NCBI GenBank assembly: GCA_964411615.1
Contig: CAYPLO010000020.1
Coordinates: 3,947-26,552, forward strand
Direction: 5' to 3'
Length of the DNA stretch: 22,606 nt
From: an uncultured Aquificales bacterium
GTDB taxonomy: Bacteria; Thermosulfidibacterota; Thermosulfidibacteria; Thermosulfidibacterales; Thermosulfidibacteraceae
Shown piece after piece: positions 1 through 8,157 of this stretch (positions within the stretch are counted from its first letter, which is position 1; every line of letters begins with the position of its first letter). The translations under genes and the position numbers were made by a program. Below the pieces are notes generated by a model. That model was not told the origin of the DNA and searched no databases. It saw nothing but the letters and a program-made list of their open reading frames with translations.

Positions 1-1533
1 GGTTCTGAACCAGGTTGAGGTCCAGAGCATCCTGAGGGTGGGGAACCTGTAGGGGGGGAGCTCCATGATGAAGGGGGGAGCCTCTCCGCTGAAGACGGTT
101 CTTTTAAGCACAGCTCCCACTACCAAAGAGACCAGAACACCTATCATGTACATGGCAAAGACCACCTCAGCCCTGTGCTTAGCGAAGAAGACACCGGCAA
201 ATAGGGCGTATATGGGAAGCCTGGCGCCACAGGACATGAAGGGGATAAGCAGGGCGGTGAGCTTTCTGTCCCTCTCGTTCTCAAGGGCCCTTGTGGCCAG
301 AATGGCGGGGACGTTGCAGCCGAATCCTATCACCATGGGTATGAAGGATTTGCCGTGAAGCCCCACCGCATGCATAACCCTGTCCATGAGGAAGGCCGCC
401 CTGGCCATGTAGCCGCTCTCCTCAAGAAGGGCCATGAACACGTAGAGAAAGAGCATAAGGGGAACGAAGGAGAGGACGAGCCCAACCCCCTGCAGAACAC
501 CTCCCACCAGGAGAGAGTTAAGCCACGAAGGGGCGCCTATACTGCTGAGCAACACCGACAGCCATTTGCCCAGGAACCCGTTTATGAAGCCGTCAACCCA
601 GTCAACCAAAGGGGCACTGCCGTCAAAGGTGACCTTGAACATGAGATACACGAGGGAGAGGAATATGGGCAGTCCCAGGACCCTGTTGAGGAGTACTTTA
701 TCAAGAAGCTCAGTAACCTCAAGGCGCCTTTGCACAGGCCGCTTCAAAACCTCCTTGAGGAAGCCGTTGATGTATCCGTACCTTTGCTCGGCCAGGATGG
801 TCTCTATGTCGTCTCCGTAGTGGCTCTCCAGCCTCTCCCTGGCCTCTTCTATCCAGTCAGGCAGGGGTATATTCGCCTTCTCCCTGAGCTTCTTCAGGAA
901 GAAACCGTCGTTCTCCAGAATCTTTATGGCACTCCACCTGAGGGGATAGGGGCATCCCGCCTCAAGAAGGAACCTCTCTATATTCCTCAGCTCCTCCTCC
1001 ACCACCCTGCTGAACCTCACCTTGGCGGGAACAAGCCCCTTCTCAACAGCCTCAAGGGAGGCATCCAGAACCCTCTCAACCCCCAGCCCCTTTGTGGCGG
1101 CGGTGGGGACACAGGGAACACCCAGCAGCCTCTCAAGCATACCCAGATTCAGCTGATACCCCTTGCTCTGGAACTCATCCCACATGTTCAGCACAACCAC
1201 CATGGGCTTACCCAGGTCCGCAAGCTGGGTGGTGAGGTAGAGGTTCCTCTCAAGGTTGGTGGAGTCCAGAACGTTTATTATCAGATGCGGGTCCTCATCC
1301 AGCAGGAACTCCTGGGATATGCGCTCCTCAAGGGTGTAGGGGGAGAGGCTGTAGATACCCGGAAGGTCCACAAGACGGAACCTCACTCCCCTGTGCTCAA
1401 ATAAGGCCTCCTTCTTCTCAACGGTAACCCCAGGCCAGTTGCCCACCTTCAGCTCGGCACCGGATATGGCGTTGATTAGGGCCGTTTTGCCCACGTTGGG
1501 GTTACCCACAAAGGCAACCACAAGCTCCCTCAT
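1..1533 (-). CDS. feoB: Ferrous iron transporter B (partial; 3' end runs off the window)
   Basis: Manual translation from ATG at 1533 gives [42 protein letters not shown] (G1/G2), then DLPGIYSL (G3), [33 protein letters not shown] and MELPPYRFP, all in the same frame down to position 1. ATGA overlap with the feoA stop. Confidence 0.97.
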   Translation of the reverse strand, partial: MRELVVAFVGNPNVGKTALINAISGAELKVGNWPGVTVEKKEALFEHRGVRFRLVDLPGIYSLSPYTLEERISQEFLLDEDPHLIINVLDSTNLERNLYLTTQLADLGKPMVVVLNMWDEFQSKGYQLNLGMLERLLGVPCVPTAATKGLGVERVLDASLEAVEKGLVPAKVRFSRVVEEELRNIERFLLEAGCPYPLRWSAIKILENDGFFLKKLREKANIPLPDWIEEARERLESHYGDDIETILAEQRYGYINGFLKEVLKRPVQRRLEVTELLDKVLLNRVLGLPIFLSLVYLMFKVTFDGSAPLVDWVDGFINGFLGKWLSVLLSSIGAPSWLNSLLVGGVLQGVGLVLSFVPLMLFLYVFMALLEESGYMARAAFLMDRVMHAVGLHGKSFIPMVIGFGCNVPAILATRALENERDRKLTALLIPFMSCGARLPIYALFAGVFFAKHRAEVVFAMYMIGVLVSLVVGAVLKRTVFSGEAPPFIMELPPYRFPTLRMLWTSTWFRT

Positions 1534-1754
1534 ACCGGCTCCACCTCTATAAAGTCCGCCTCCTCCTTCCTGATGGAGATGTAGGCCCCCTTCACCGAAA
1601 GGTCTATGGGGTCCCCCAGGGGGGCAACATGCTCTATCTTTACCACCTCACCCCTAACAATCCCCATATCCCTGAGCCTCCTTTTAAGAACGGGAGACCC
1701 GCCTATCCTCACTATTCTCACCGGTCTTCCCACCTCAACCTGGGAGAGCCTCAT
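1530..1754 (-). CDS. feoA: Ferrous iron transport protein A
   Basis: 74 aa with [11 protein letters not shown]...APLGDPI...IRKEEA, a typical FeoA SH3-like pattern; lies directly upstream of feoB. Confidence 0.95.
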   Translation of the reverse strand: MRLSQVEVGRPVRIVRIGGSPVLKRRLRDMGIVRGEVVKIEHVAPLGDPIDLSVKGAYISIRKEEADFIEVEPV

Positions 1755-1975
1755 CCAACCCTCTCCACGTATATCTTCATGGCCTCACCGTAGCCCAGGG
1801 CCAGCTTAGCGTTTCCGTTCACCTTCACAACCACGGGGCCGGGACCGCTTTTTACCACCTCAAGGACCACCCCCGGCACAACACCCATGGCCTCAAGCCT
1901 TCCCTTTATGCCCCTCCCCCCGGCTATCCCCCTGACCGCCACCTTCTCCCCCACCGAGCACATGGCAAGCGGCAT
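1751..1975 (-). CDS. feoA: Ferrous iron transport protein A (second copy)
   Basis: RLEAMGVVPG...GPVVVKV...LALGYGEAMKIYV. GGAGG (1985-1981) spacing favours ATG at 1975 over 1978. ATGA overlap with the next feoA. Confidence 0.92.
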   Translation of the reverse strand: MPLAMCSVGEKVAVRGIAGGRGIKGRLEAMGVVPGVVLEVVKSGPGPVVVKVNGNAKLALGYGEAMKIYVERVG

Positions 1976-1995
1976 CATGGCCTCCCTCTCCCTGA

Positions 1996-2024
1996 AAGTT
2001 AGGCTAATCTAACAATCCTGTCAA
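1996..2024 (-). promoter_or_regulatory. Putative sigma70 promoter P2 of feoAAB
   Basis: TTGACA (2024-2019), 17-nt spacer, TAACTT (2001-1996); the operator covers the spacer and -10. Confidence 0.55.
1998..2013. promoter_or_regulatory. Putative DtxR/IdeR/MntR-family metal-repressor operator
   Basis: Imperfect palindrome GTTAGGCTAATCTAAC (minus strand GTTAGATTAGCCTAAC; 12/16 self-complementary). It resembles the DtxR consensus TTAGGTTAGCCTAACCTAA and sits just upstream of the feo operon. Confidence 0.72.
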
Positions 2025-2030
2025 GATGGA

Positions 2031-2059
2031 ATTTTACAGGGCCGACGGGGCCTTGTCAA
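2031..2059 (-). promoter_or_regulatory. Putative sigma70 promoter P1 of feoAAB
   Basis: TTGACA (2059-2054), 17-nt spacer, TAAAAT (2036-2031); near-consensus. Confidence 0.65.
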
Positions 2060-2068
2060 AAAGGCCCC
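2047..2068 (-). terminator. GC-rich hairpin downstream of the DUF169-like gene (no U-tract)
   Basis: GGGGCCTT-N6-AAGGCCCC, a perfect 8-bp stem 8 nt after the stop at 2077. There is no poly-U tail, so terminator function is uncertain. Confidence 0.4.
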
Positions 2069-2076
2069 AGAGCCTG

Positions 2077-2826
2077 CTACTTGACCTTAAGCTCCTCCTT
2101 CAGCCTCTCGTAAAGGGGAGGGAAGGCCACCTGGGAGAGCATGTAGGGCGGGAAGGGATACCTGTTGGTCCCTATGGCGGCACCGGCCTCCTTCAAGCCT
2201 TCCTTCAGGAGGGAAAGCTCCTCGTAGGGGAAGGCGAATACCAGCTCGTCATCCTGGGTTCCGGAGAAGATTCTGTCGCCGGCACCGGGAACCACCACCA
2301 CAGCCCTTTTATCCCTGTAGGGCCTTATGGCATATTCAGAGCACGCAACCCTGCCCGTAAGGTAGGATACCACAGGCTCCCCCTTAACGTAGCTGTAGGC
2401 CTGGACGAGCCTTGCCGCCTGTGCGGGGTTGCAGTAGACGAGAACCACATGGGGATTGCCCTCCTCCTTCCCCAGGGGCTCAAGAAGCAGCCCTCCAAGC
2501 TCACCATCAAAGACCATCCACCTCTGGTTAGATGAAACCTCAGCCCTCACCCACCCCACAGACTCCATGAGCTTTGATAGGGCCTCCTCAGCCGAAAACT
2601 CCTCGCTCCTGAGAAGCCCGAAGGCGAGACCGGCGGGGAGGCAGTTCAGGTCCTCCTTGGTCAAGAGGACCCTCCAGCCGTAGAACCTGGCCCAGGAGAC
2701 CGCTTGACAGATGGTGAGCTTCAGTCCCCTCTTTGAGGGAACCCTGAACTTGCCGGATACAGAATCTGCATCCCCTAAGAAGGAGACACAGACCGGTGTG
2801 GTCCTCAGCTTTAGCAGCTCAAACAT
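2077..2826 (-). CDS. DUF169-family protein (conserved hypothetical)
   Basis: 249 aa with the pattern TICQAVSWAR..GW...LNCLPAG...NPAQAARL..AY...ACSE...GAGDR......DDEL, recognised as DUF169-like. SD GAGGGGG upstream. Confidence 0.75.
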   Translation of the reverse strand: MFELLKLRTTPVCVSFLGDADSVSGKFRVPSKRGLKLTICQAVSWARFYGWRVLLTKEDLNCLPAGLAFGLLRSEEFSAEEALSKLMESVGWVRAEVSSNQRWMVFDGELGGLLLEPLGKEEGNPHVVLVYCNPAQAARLVQAYSYVKGEPVVSYLTGRVACSEYAIRPYRDKRAVVVVPGAGDRIFSGTQDDELVFAFPYEELSLLKEGLKEAGAAIGTNRYPFPPYMLSQVAFPPLYERLKEELKVK

Positions 2827-2847
2827 GGAACACCCCCTCAGGATTTA

Positions 2848-2876
2848 TTGACAATGCACCTTCACAGTTTTATTAA
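2848..2876 (+). promoter_or_regulatory. Putative promoter of tRNA-Met
   Basis: TTGACA (2848-2853), 17-nt spacer, TATTAA (2871-2876), ending 11 nt before the tRNA. Confidence 0.55.
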
Positions 2877-2887
2877 GCTCCTTGCAG

Positions 2888-2960
2888 GGCGGCGTAGCTC
2901 AGTTGGTAGAGCAGGCGTCTCATAAGCGCCGGGTCGGGGGTTCGATTCCCTCCGCCGCCA
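2888..2960 (+). tRNA. tRNA-Met (CAT), elongator type; CCA not encoded
   Basis: Cloverleaf: acceptor GGCGGCG/CGCCGCC, D arm GCTC/GAGC, anticodon arm GGCGT-CTCATAA-GCGCC, T arm GGGGG-TTCGATT-CCCTC, discriminator A followed by TTT. The paired G1-C72 argues against fMet; G2-C71/C3-G70 favours Met over Ile2. Confidence 0.92.
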
Positions 2961-2966
2961 TTTGTC

Positions 2967-2996
2967 TTGATTTTACCACACCTTTCGTTCTATCCT
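2967..2996 (+). promoter_or_regulatory. Putative promoter of pilB (leaderless)
   Basis: TTGATT (2967-2972), 18-nt spacer, TATCCT (2991-2996), then 6 nt to the ATG at 3003; no SD. Confidence 0.45.
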
Positions 2997-3002
2997 CAAC
3001 CC

Positions 3003-4730
3003 ATGAGGTCCTCCGCAAGGCTCAGAATAGGGGAGCTCCTGCTCCGCAAGGGGCTGATAACCGAAGAGCAGCTTGACGAAGCCCTCAAAGAGCAGGCCCG
3101 CACCGGAAAGAGGCTGGGAGACATACTGGTTGAGAAGGGATTTGTGGAGAGGGACATACTGGAGAAGGTGCTCCAGGAGTACAGAGCCACCCTCCAGTGG
3201 ATTGAGGACGCCTTAGACCCGGAGAAGATAGATCCCGAACTGGCAAAGCTGGTTCCGGAGAAGATATCCTCCATGTTCAACATTGTCCCGGTGAAGAAGG
3301 AGGAGGGGGTTATATGGGTGGCCTCGGCGGATGTTCTGGATATATCTGCCCTTGACTACATAAGGTTCGCAACGGGCTACAACGTCAAGGTTATACTGGT
3401 ATCCGAAGACTTCATAAAGACAGCCAGGGAGGCCCTTTACGGAGCCATAACCAAGACCGAGATACTGAAGGACATCATAGAGGACCTTGAAGGCCTTGAA
3501 GAGATAGATGAGGAGGACATCAGCGTCCTTGAGGAGGGGGAAGAGTCCTTAGCGGTGGGCTCCGTTGAGGAGCTGGCCTTCCAGGCCCCCGTCGTCAGGC
3601 TCGTCAACTACCTGCTCACAGAGGCGGTGGTTAGGGGGGCCAGCGACATCCACATAGAGCCCTACGAGAAGAGGGTGAGGATAAGGTTCCGCATAGACGG
3701 CGTCCTTGAGGAGCAGATGACGGTATCCACGAAGATGCGGGACGCCATAGTGGCCAGGGTGAAGATAATGTCCAAGCTCAATGTGGTGGAGAGGCGCATA
3801 CCCCAGGACGGGAGGATAAAGATAAGGGTCAAGGGGAGAGAGGTGGACATCAGGGTCTCCACAGTCCCTACGGTGACGGGGGAGAAGGTGGTTATGAGGC
3901 TCCTGGACAAGGAGAGCCTGGTCCTTGACCTTGACCTTCTGGGCTTTGAGGAGGAGCAAAAGAGGCTCTTTGAGCGCTCCATAAAAAAGCCCTACGGCAT
4001 GATACTGATAACGGGGCCAACGGGAAGCGGAAAGACCACCACCCTCTACTCCGCCCTGAGGAAGCTCAACTCCCCCGAAGTGAACATCATGACCGTTGAG
4101 GACCCCGTAGAGTACAACTTTGAGGGGATAAACCAGGTGAACGTGAACGAGACGGTGGGGCTCACCTTCGCATCGGCCCTGAGGGCCTTCTTAAGGCAGG
4201 ACCCCGATATCATCCTGGTGGGAGAGATAAGGGACCTGGAGACGGCAGACATAGCCATAAAGGCGGCCCTCACAGGCCATTTAGTCTTCTCCACCGTCCA
4301 CACAAACAACGCCCCGGCAACGGTCACGAGGCTCATAGACATGGGGATAGAGCCCTTCCTTGTCGCCTCATCCCTCATTCTGGTGGTTGCCCAGAGGCTG
4401 GTGAGGAAGATATGCCCCCACTGCAGGAGGGAGTACACCCCACCCGATGAGGTGCTTGAGACGCTGAACCTCTCCCCCTCAGACGGCCCCTTCTACAGGG
4501 GAGAGGGTTGCGCCAGATGCAGAAATACGGGATACAGGGGGAGAATAGCGGTCTATGAGATGATGGAGATAACCCCTGAGATGAGGAAGGCCATATCCAA
4601 GGGAGCCACAGAGGACGAGATAAGGGAGATGGCAAAGGCCAACGGTATGCTGGAGCTGAGGGATGCTGGCATACTCAAGGCAAAAAGGGGTATAACCACC
4701 CTTGAGGAGGTAATAAGGGCGGTATCGTGA
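3003..4730 (+). CDS. pilB: Type IV pilus assembly ATPase PilB (GspE/PilB family) with N-terminal MshEN domain
   Basis: ASDIHIEP, RIPQDGR, Walker A GPTGSGKTTT, LRQDPDIILVGEIRD, TGHLVFSTVH, tetracysteine CPHC...CARC; lies next to pilT. Start set at ATG 3003 rather than TTG 2967. Confidence 0.92.
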   Translation: MRSSARLRIGELLLRKGLITEEQLDEALKEQARTGKRLGDILVEKGFVERDILEKVLQEYRATLQWIEDALDPEKIDPELAKLVPEKISSMFNIVPVKKEEGVIWVASADVLDISALDYIRFATGYNVKVILVSEDFIKTAREALYGAITKTEILKDIIEDLEGLEEIDEEDISVLEEGEESLAVGSVEELAFQAPVVRLVNYLLTEAVVRGASDIHIEPYEKRVRIRFRIDGVLEEQMTVSTKMRDAIVARVKIMSKLNVVERRIPQDGRIKIRVKGREVDIRVSTVPTVTGEKVVMRLLDKESLVLDLDLLGFEEEQKRLFERSIKKPYGMILITGPTGSGKTTTLYSALRKLNSPEVNIMTVEDPVEYNFEGINQVNVNETVGLTFASALRAFLRQDPDIILVGEIRDLETADIAIKAALTGHLVFSTVHTNNAPATVTRLIDMGIEPFLVASSLILVVAQRLVRKICPHCRREYTPPDEVLETLNLSPSDGPFYRGEGCARCRNTGYRGRIAVYEMMEITPEMRKAISKGATEDEIREMAKANGMLELRDAGILKAKRGITTLEEVIRAVS

Positions 4731-4740
4731 GGAGGGGAGT

Positions 4741-5841
4741 ATGTCAGAGTATCCCGTGACCATGGAGCAGCTCCTCAGGATGGCGGTGGAGCAGAATGCC
4801 ACAGACCTGCATATAAGCGTGGGCAATCCACCAAGGCTCAGGATATACGGGAAGCTCGTTCCCATCCCAAACCTGCCTAAGCTCACCCCGGCAGATACCC
4901 AGAGGCTGTGTTACAGCGTTATGAACGAGCACCAGAGGAAGGTCTTTGAGCAGAGGAACGAAGTGGACTTCTCCTTCGGCATAGCGGGGCTATCAAGGTT
5001 CAGGGCAAACGTGTTCATGCAGAGGAGCTCCGTTGCCGGGGCCTTCAGGAGGGTGCCCTACGAGATAATACCCCTTGAGAACCTGGGGCTTCCGCCTGTG
5101 GTGAAGACCTTTGTAACAAAGGCAAAAGGTCTGATTCTCGTGACGGGTCCCACGGGAAGCGGTAAGTCCACAACATTGGCCGCCCTCATAGACAGGATAA
5201 ACTCCACCATGGAGAAGCACATAATCACCATAGAGGACCCCATAGAGTACCTTCACTCCCACAAGCGCTCACTGGTGAACCAGAGGGAGGTGGGGGCAGA
5301 TACCGAATCCTTCGCGGTGGCTTTAAGATACGTCCTCAGGCAGGACCCGGATGTGGTTCTCATAGGTGAGATGAGGGACCTTGAGAGTATAGCAGCGGCC
5401 CTGACGGTGGCAGAGACGGGACACCTCACCTTCGCAACCCTGCACACAAACTCAGCCGTGGAGACCATAAACAGAATCATAGACGTATTCCCCCCCCACC
5501 AGCAGAACCAGGTGAGGGCCCAGCTCTCCCACGTCCTTGAGGGTATCATCACCCAAAAGCTCATACCCAGGGCGGACGGCAAGGGGCTGGTCCTTGCGTC
5601 AGAGGTGCTGGTCCCCACCCCTGCGGTGAGGAACCTCATAAGGGAGAACAAGATTCACCAGATATACACGGTGATGCAGGCGGGACAGATGCACCACGGT
5701 ATGCAGACCATGAACCAGTCCCTGGTGAGCCTGTACGAGAAGGGGCTCATCACCTACGAGCAGGCCATAAACAACTCCTACAACCCTGAAGAGCTCATAC
5801 CCATGCTGGACAGGGTGAAGATGAAGCTGGAGAGGTTCTGA
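4741..5841 (+). CDS. pilT: Type IV pilus retraction ATPase PilT
   Basis: ATDLHISVG, GPTGSGKSTTLAA, LRQDPDVVLIGEMRD, AETGHL, AVRNLIRE (AIRNLIRE-type) and GMQTM motifs; SD GAGGAGG. Confidence 0.95.
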   Translation: MSEYPVTMEQLLRMAVEQNATDLHISVGNPPRLRIYGKLVPIPNLPKLTPADTQRLCYSVMNEHQRKVFEQRNEVDFSFGIAGLSRFRANVFMQRSSVAGAFRRVPYEIIPLENLGLPPVVKTFVTKAKGLILVTGPTGSGKSTTLAALIDRINSTMEKHIITIEDPIEYLHSHKRSLVNQREVGADTESFAVALRYVLRQDPDVVLIGEMRDLESIAAALTVAETGHLTFATLHTNSAVETINRIIDVFPPHQQNQVRAQLSHVLEGIITQKLIPRADGKGLVLASEVLVPTPAVRNLIRENKIHQIYTVMQAGQMHHGMQTMNQSLVSLYEKGLITYEQAINNSYNPEELIPMLDRVKMKLERF

Positions 5842-7226
5842 TGGGAAAGCTCTGGGGAGGCAGATTCCAGAGGGAGACGGACAGGTTTATCGAAGAGTAC
5901 ACGGAGTCCATCTCCTACGACAGGAGGCTCTACCGGGAGGATATAGAGGGGAGCATCGCCCACTGCCGTATGCTTGTAAGGCAGGGGATTCTCAAGCCCC
6001 AAGAGGGGGAGAGACTCCTTAAGGCCCTCAAGGAGCTGAGGGAGGAGCTGGACGGAGAGGGGGTTCCTGCGGACCCATCCTACGAGGATATCCACACCTA
6101 CGTAGAGAGCAGGCTCAGGGAGAAGGTGGGGGAGCTTGCGGGAAAGCTCCACACCGCAAGAAGCAGAAACGACCAGGTCCTTCTGGATGAGAAGCTCTAT
6201 CTGAAAAGGGAGATACCCGCCATAGTGGAGGCCATAGGCAACCTCCAGAGGACCCTGGTTGAGAGGGCCCATCAGGAGGTGGACACCATACTTCCGGGCT
6301 TCACCCATCTCCAGCACGCCCAGCCCGTCTCCTTGGGGTTTCACCTTCTCGCCTACTACGAGATGCTGGAGAGGGACAGGGGAAGGTTTGAAGACTGCCT
6401 GAGGAGGCTCAACCTGTGCCCCCTGGGAAGCTGTGCCCTGGCAGGCACAACACTGCCCATAGACAGGGACTTCGTGGCAAGGGAGCTGAACTTCGCAGGG
6501 CCAACCCACAACGCCATGGACACGGTGGCGAGCAGGGACTTCATAGTGGAGTTTCTGGCCGCCGCCTCCATCCTCATGGTGAACCTGTCAAGGCTCTGCG
6601 AGGAGCTGATTCTGTGGAGCTCACCGGAGTTCGGCTTCGTGGAGCTCTCAGATGAGGTGTGCACGGGAAGCAGCATAATGCCCCAGAAGAAGAACCCCGA
6701 TGTGGCAGAGCTCACAAGGGGAAAGACGGGGAGGGTGATAGGAAGTCTGGTATCCATACTGGTGATGCTGAAGGGGCTTCCCTTAGCCTACAACAGGGAC
6801 CTGCAGGAGGACAAGGAGCCCCTCTTTGACGCTGTGGACACTGTAAAGGGGGCCCTCAGGGCCGTTGAGCTCATGGTCAGGGGGGCCAGGTTCAACAGAG
6901 AGCGCATGAGGGAGATGGCCCTGGAGGGGTTCACCGACGCAACGGATGTGGCAGATTATCTGGTTGAGAAGGGGGTCCCCTTCAGAGAGGCCCACGGCAT
7001 AGTGGGAAGAATGGTGCTCTACTGCATTGATAAGGGAAAGAGACTACCCCAGCTCACCCTTGAGGAGTTCAAAAGCTTCCATCCCTCCTTTGAGGAGGAT
7101 ATATACCGGAGGCTGGAGCTGGAGAGGCTCGTGGACGCCAGGAAATCCTACGGAGGAACATCAAGGGAGCTTGTGAGAAGGAGGATAGAGGAGATTTGCG
7201 CATCAAGGGGCTGGCGGCTGGAGTGA
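5841..7226 (+). CDS. argH: Argininosuccinate lyase
   Basis: KLWGGRF, LHTARSRNDQ, PGFTHLQHAQP, GSSIMPQKKNPD, YNRDLQEDK. Confidence 0.98.
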   Translation: MGKLWGGRFQRETDRFIEEYTESISYDRRLYREDIEGSIAHCRMLVRQGILKPQEGERLLKALKELREELDGEGVPADPSYEDIHTYVESRLREKVGELAGKLHTARSRNDQVLLDEKLYLKREIPAIVEAIGNLQRTLVERAHQEVDTILPGFTHLQHAQPVSLGFHLLAYYEMLERDRGRFEDCLRRLNLCPLGSCALAGTTLPIDRDFVARELNFAGPTHNAMDTVASRDFIVEFLAAASILMVNLSRLCEELILWSSPEFGFVELSDEVCTGSSIMPQKKNPDVAELTRGKTGRVIGSLVSILVMLKGLPLAYNRDLQEDKEPLFDAVDTVKGALRAVELMVRGARFNRERMREMALEGFTDATDVADYLVEKGVPFREAHGIVGRMVLYCIDKGKRLPQLTLEEFKSFHPSFEEDIYRRLELERLVDARKSYGGTSRELVRRRIEEICASRGWRLE

Positions 7227-8146
7227 TACTGCTCCTCATAACGGCAGGCTGCGGGCACAAGGCGCCTCCACTGCCCCCGGAGCATCTGGTCCCTGTGGGC
7301 TTTGAGAAGGTTACGCCTGTGGTCAGGGATGATGTGACCCTTCTGGTTCTAAAGGTATCGGACCGCTACGTAAACAGAAGCGCCAAGGTCAAGGGGATTC
7401 GTATAGAGGCAGACAGATGCGATGCCGAATGCAACCACTGCCAGAGGGTCTTTGACTATGCGGGGAGGCCGGGGGTTGTGGTGGTTGAGGACGTCCCCCT
7501 GGAGCAGGATACCTGCTACAGGGTGAAGGGAGAGACGGATAGAGGAGCCGAGCTTCCGAGATACGTGGTGGTGGTCTTTAAAGAAGAGACTCCCCCTCCC
7601 GTGCCCCTCAAGCTCAGGGAGGTGGCCGAGGACAGGGTCACCCTCGGCTTTGGCAGGTGCAGGGGCACTGTGGCCCTCTTCAGAAGGGAGGACCGCAAAG
7701 ACTACCCGTACCTTCCCCTATACATGGGAGACTGCAGGCTACCCTTCACGGACAGAAGCGTAAAAGAGGGGCACTTCTACTGCTACAGGGCAAGAAGGGT
7801 TGCGGTAAAAAGGGGTGTTTACTACCTGTCCGCCCCCTCCTCTGAAGTGTGCGTAAGGCCCGAGGATACAACCCCTCCCCCTGTGCCCAAAGGCCTGAAG
7901 GGGATGCTTTACGGAGGAACCCTCTACCTATACTGGGACCCGGTGGAGGCAGAGGACCTGGCCGGTTACAACGTGTACATGAGGAAGGACGGCAGGTGGA
8001 TAAGGCTCAACAGGCTCCTCCTCAAGAGCCCCGCCTACACGACTAAGATGAGACTACCGAAGACAGGGGCCTACTTCGCCGTCTCTTCTGTTGACAAAAA
8101 GGGCAATGAAAGTAAAAAATCCAAACCTGTCCTAATCCAGGAATGA
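7196..8146 (+). CDS. Lipoprotein with LptM/LppL-like N-terminal motif and fibronectin type III-like domain(s)
   Basis: Signal peptide plus lipobox (TAG-C19), then CGHKAPPLPP. The C-terminus is Fn3-like (DTTPPPVPKGL...LYWDP...DLAGYNVY...YFAVSSVD..GNES). The TTG start overlaps argH by 31 nt. Confidence 0.8.
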   Translation: MRIKGLAAGVILLLITAGCGHKAPPLPPEHLVPVGFEKVTPVVRDDVTLLVLKVSDRYVNRSAKVKGIRIEADRCDAECNHCQRVFDYAGRPGVVVVEDVPLEQDTCYRVKGETDRGAELPRYVVVVFKEETPPPVPLKLREVAEDRVTLGFGRCRGTVALFRREDRKDYPYLPLYMGDCRLPFTDRSVKEGHFYCYRARRVAVKRGVYYLSAPSSEVCVRPEDTTPPPVPKGLKGMLYGGTLYLYWDPVEAEDLAGYNVYMRKDGRWIRLNRLLLKSPAYTTKMRLPKTGAYFAVSSVDKKGNESKKSKPVLIQE

Positions 8147-8157
8147 CGGAGGTTGCC

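Noticed and set aside
355..1404. 349-aa plus-strand ORF (also 65..358 and 566..820)
   Set aside because: Antisense shadow of feoB; no recognisable motifs.
2888..2960. tRNA(CAT) as initiator fMet or Ile2
   Set aside because: G1-C72 is paired and there is no GGG/CCC run in the anticodon stem, so not fMet. The GGCGGCG acceptor stem fits elongator Met better than Ile2; an isotype-model run would settle it.
2882..3076. 64-aa ORF, and the TTG extension of pilB from 2967
   Set aside because: The ORF overlaps tRNA-Met; the extension covers promoter-like sequence and precedes the MshEN start.
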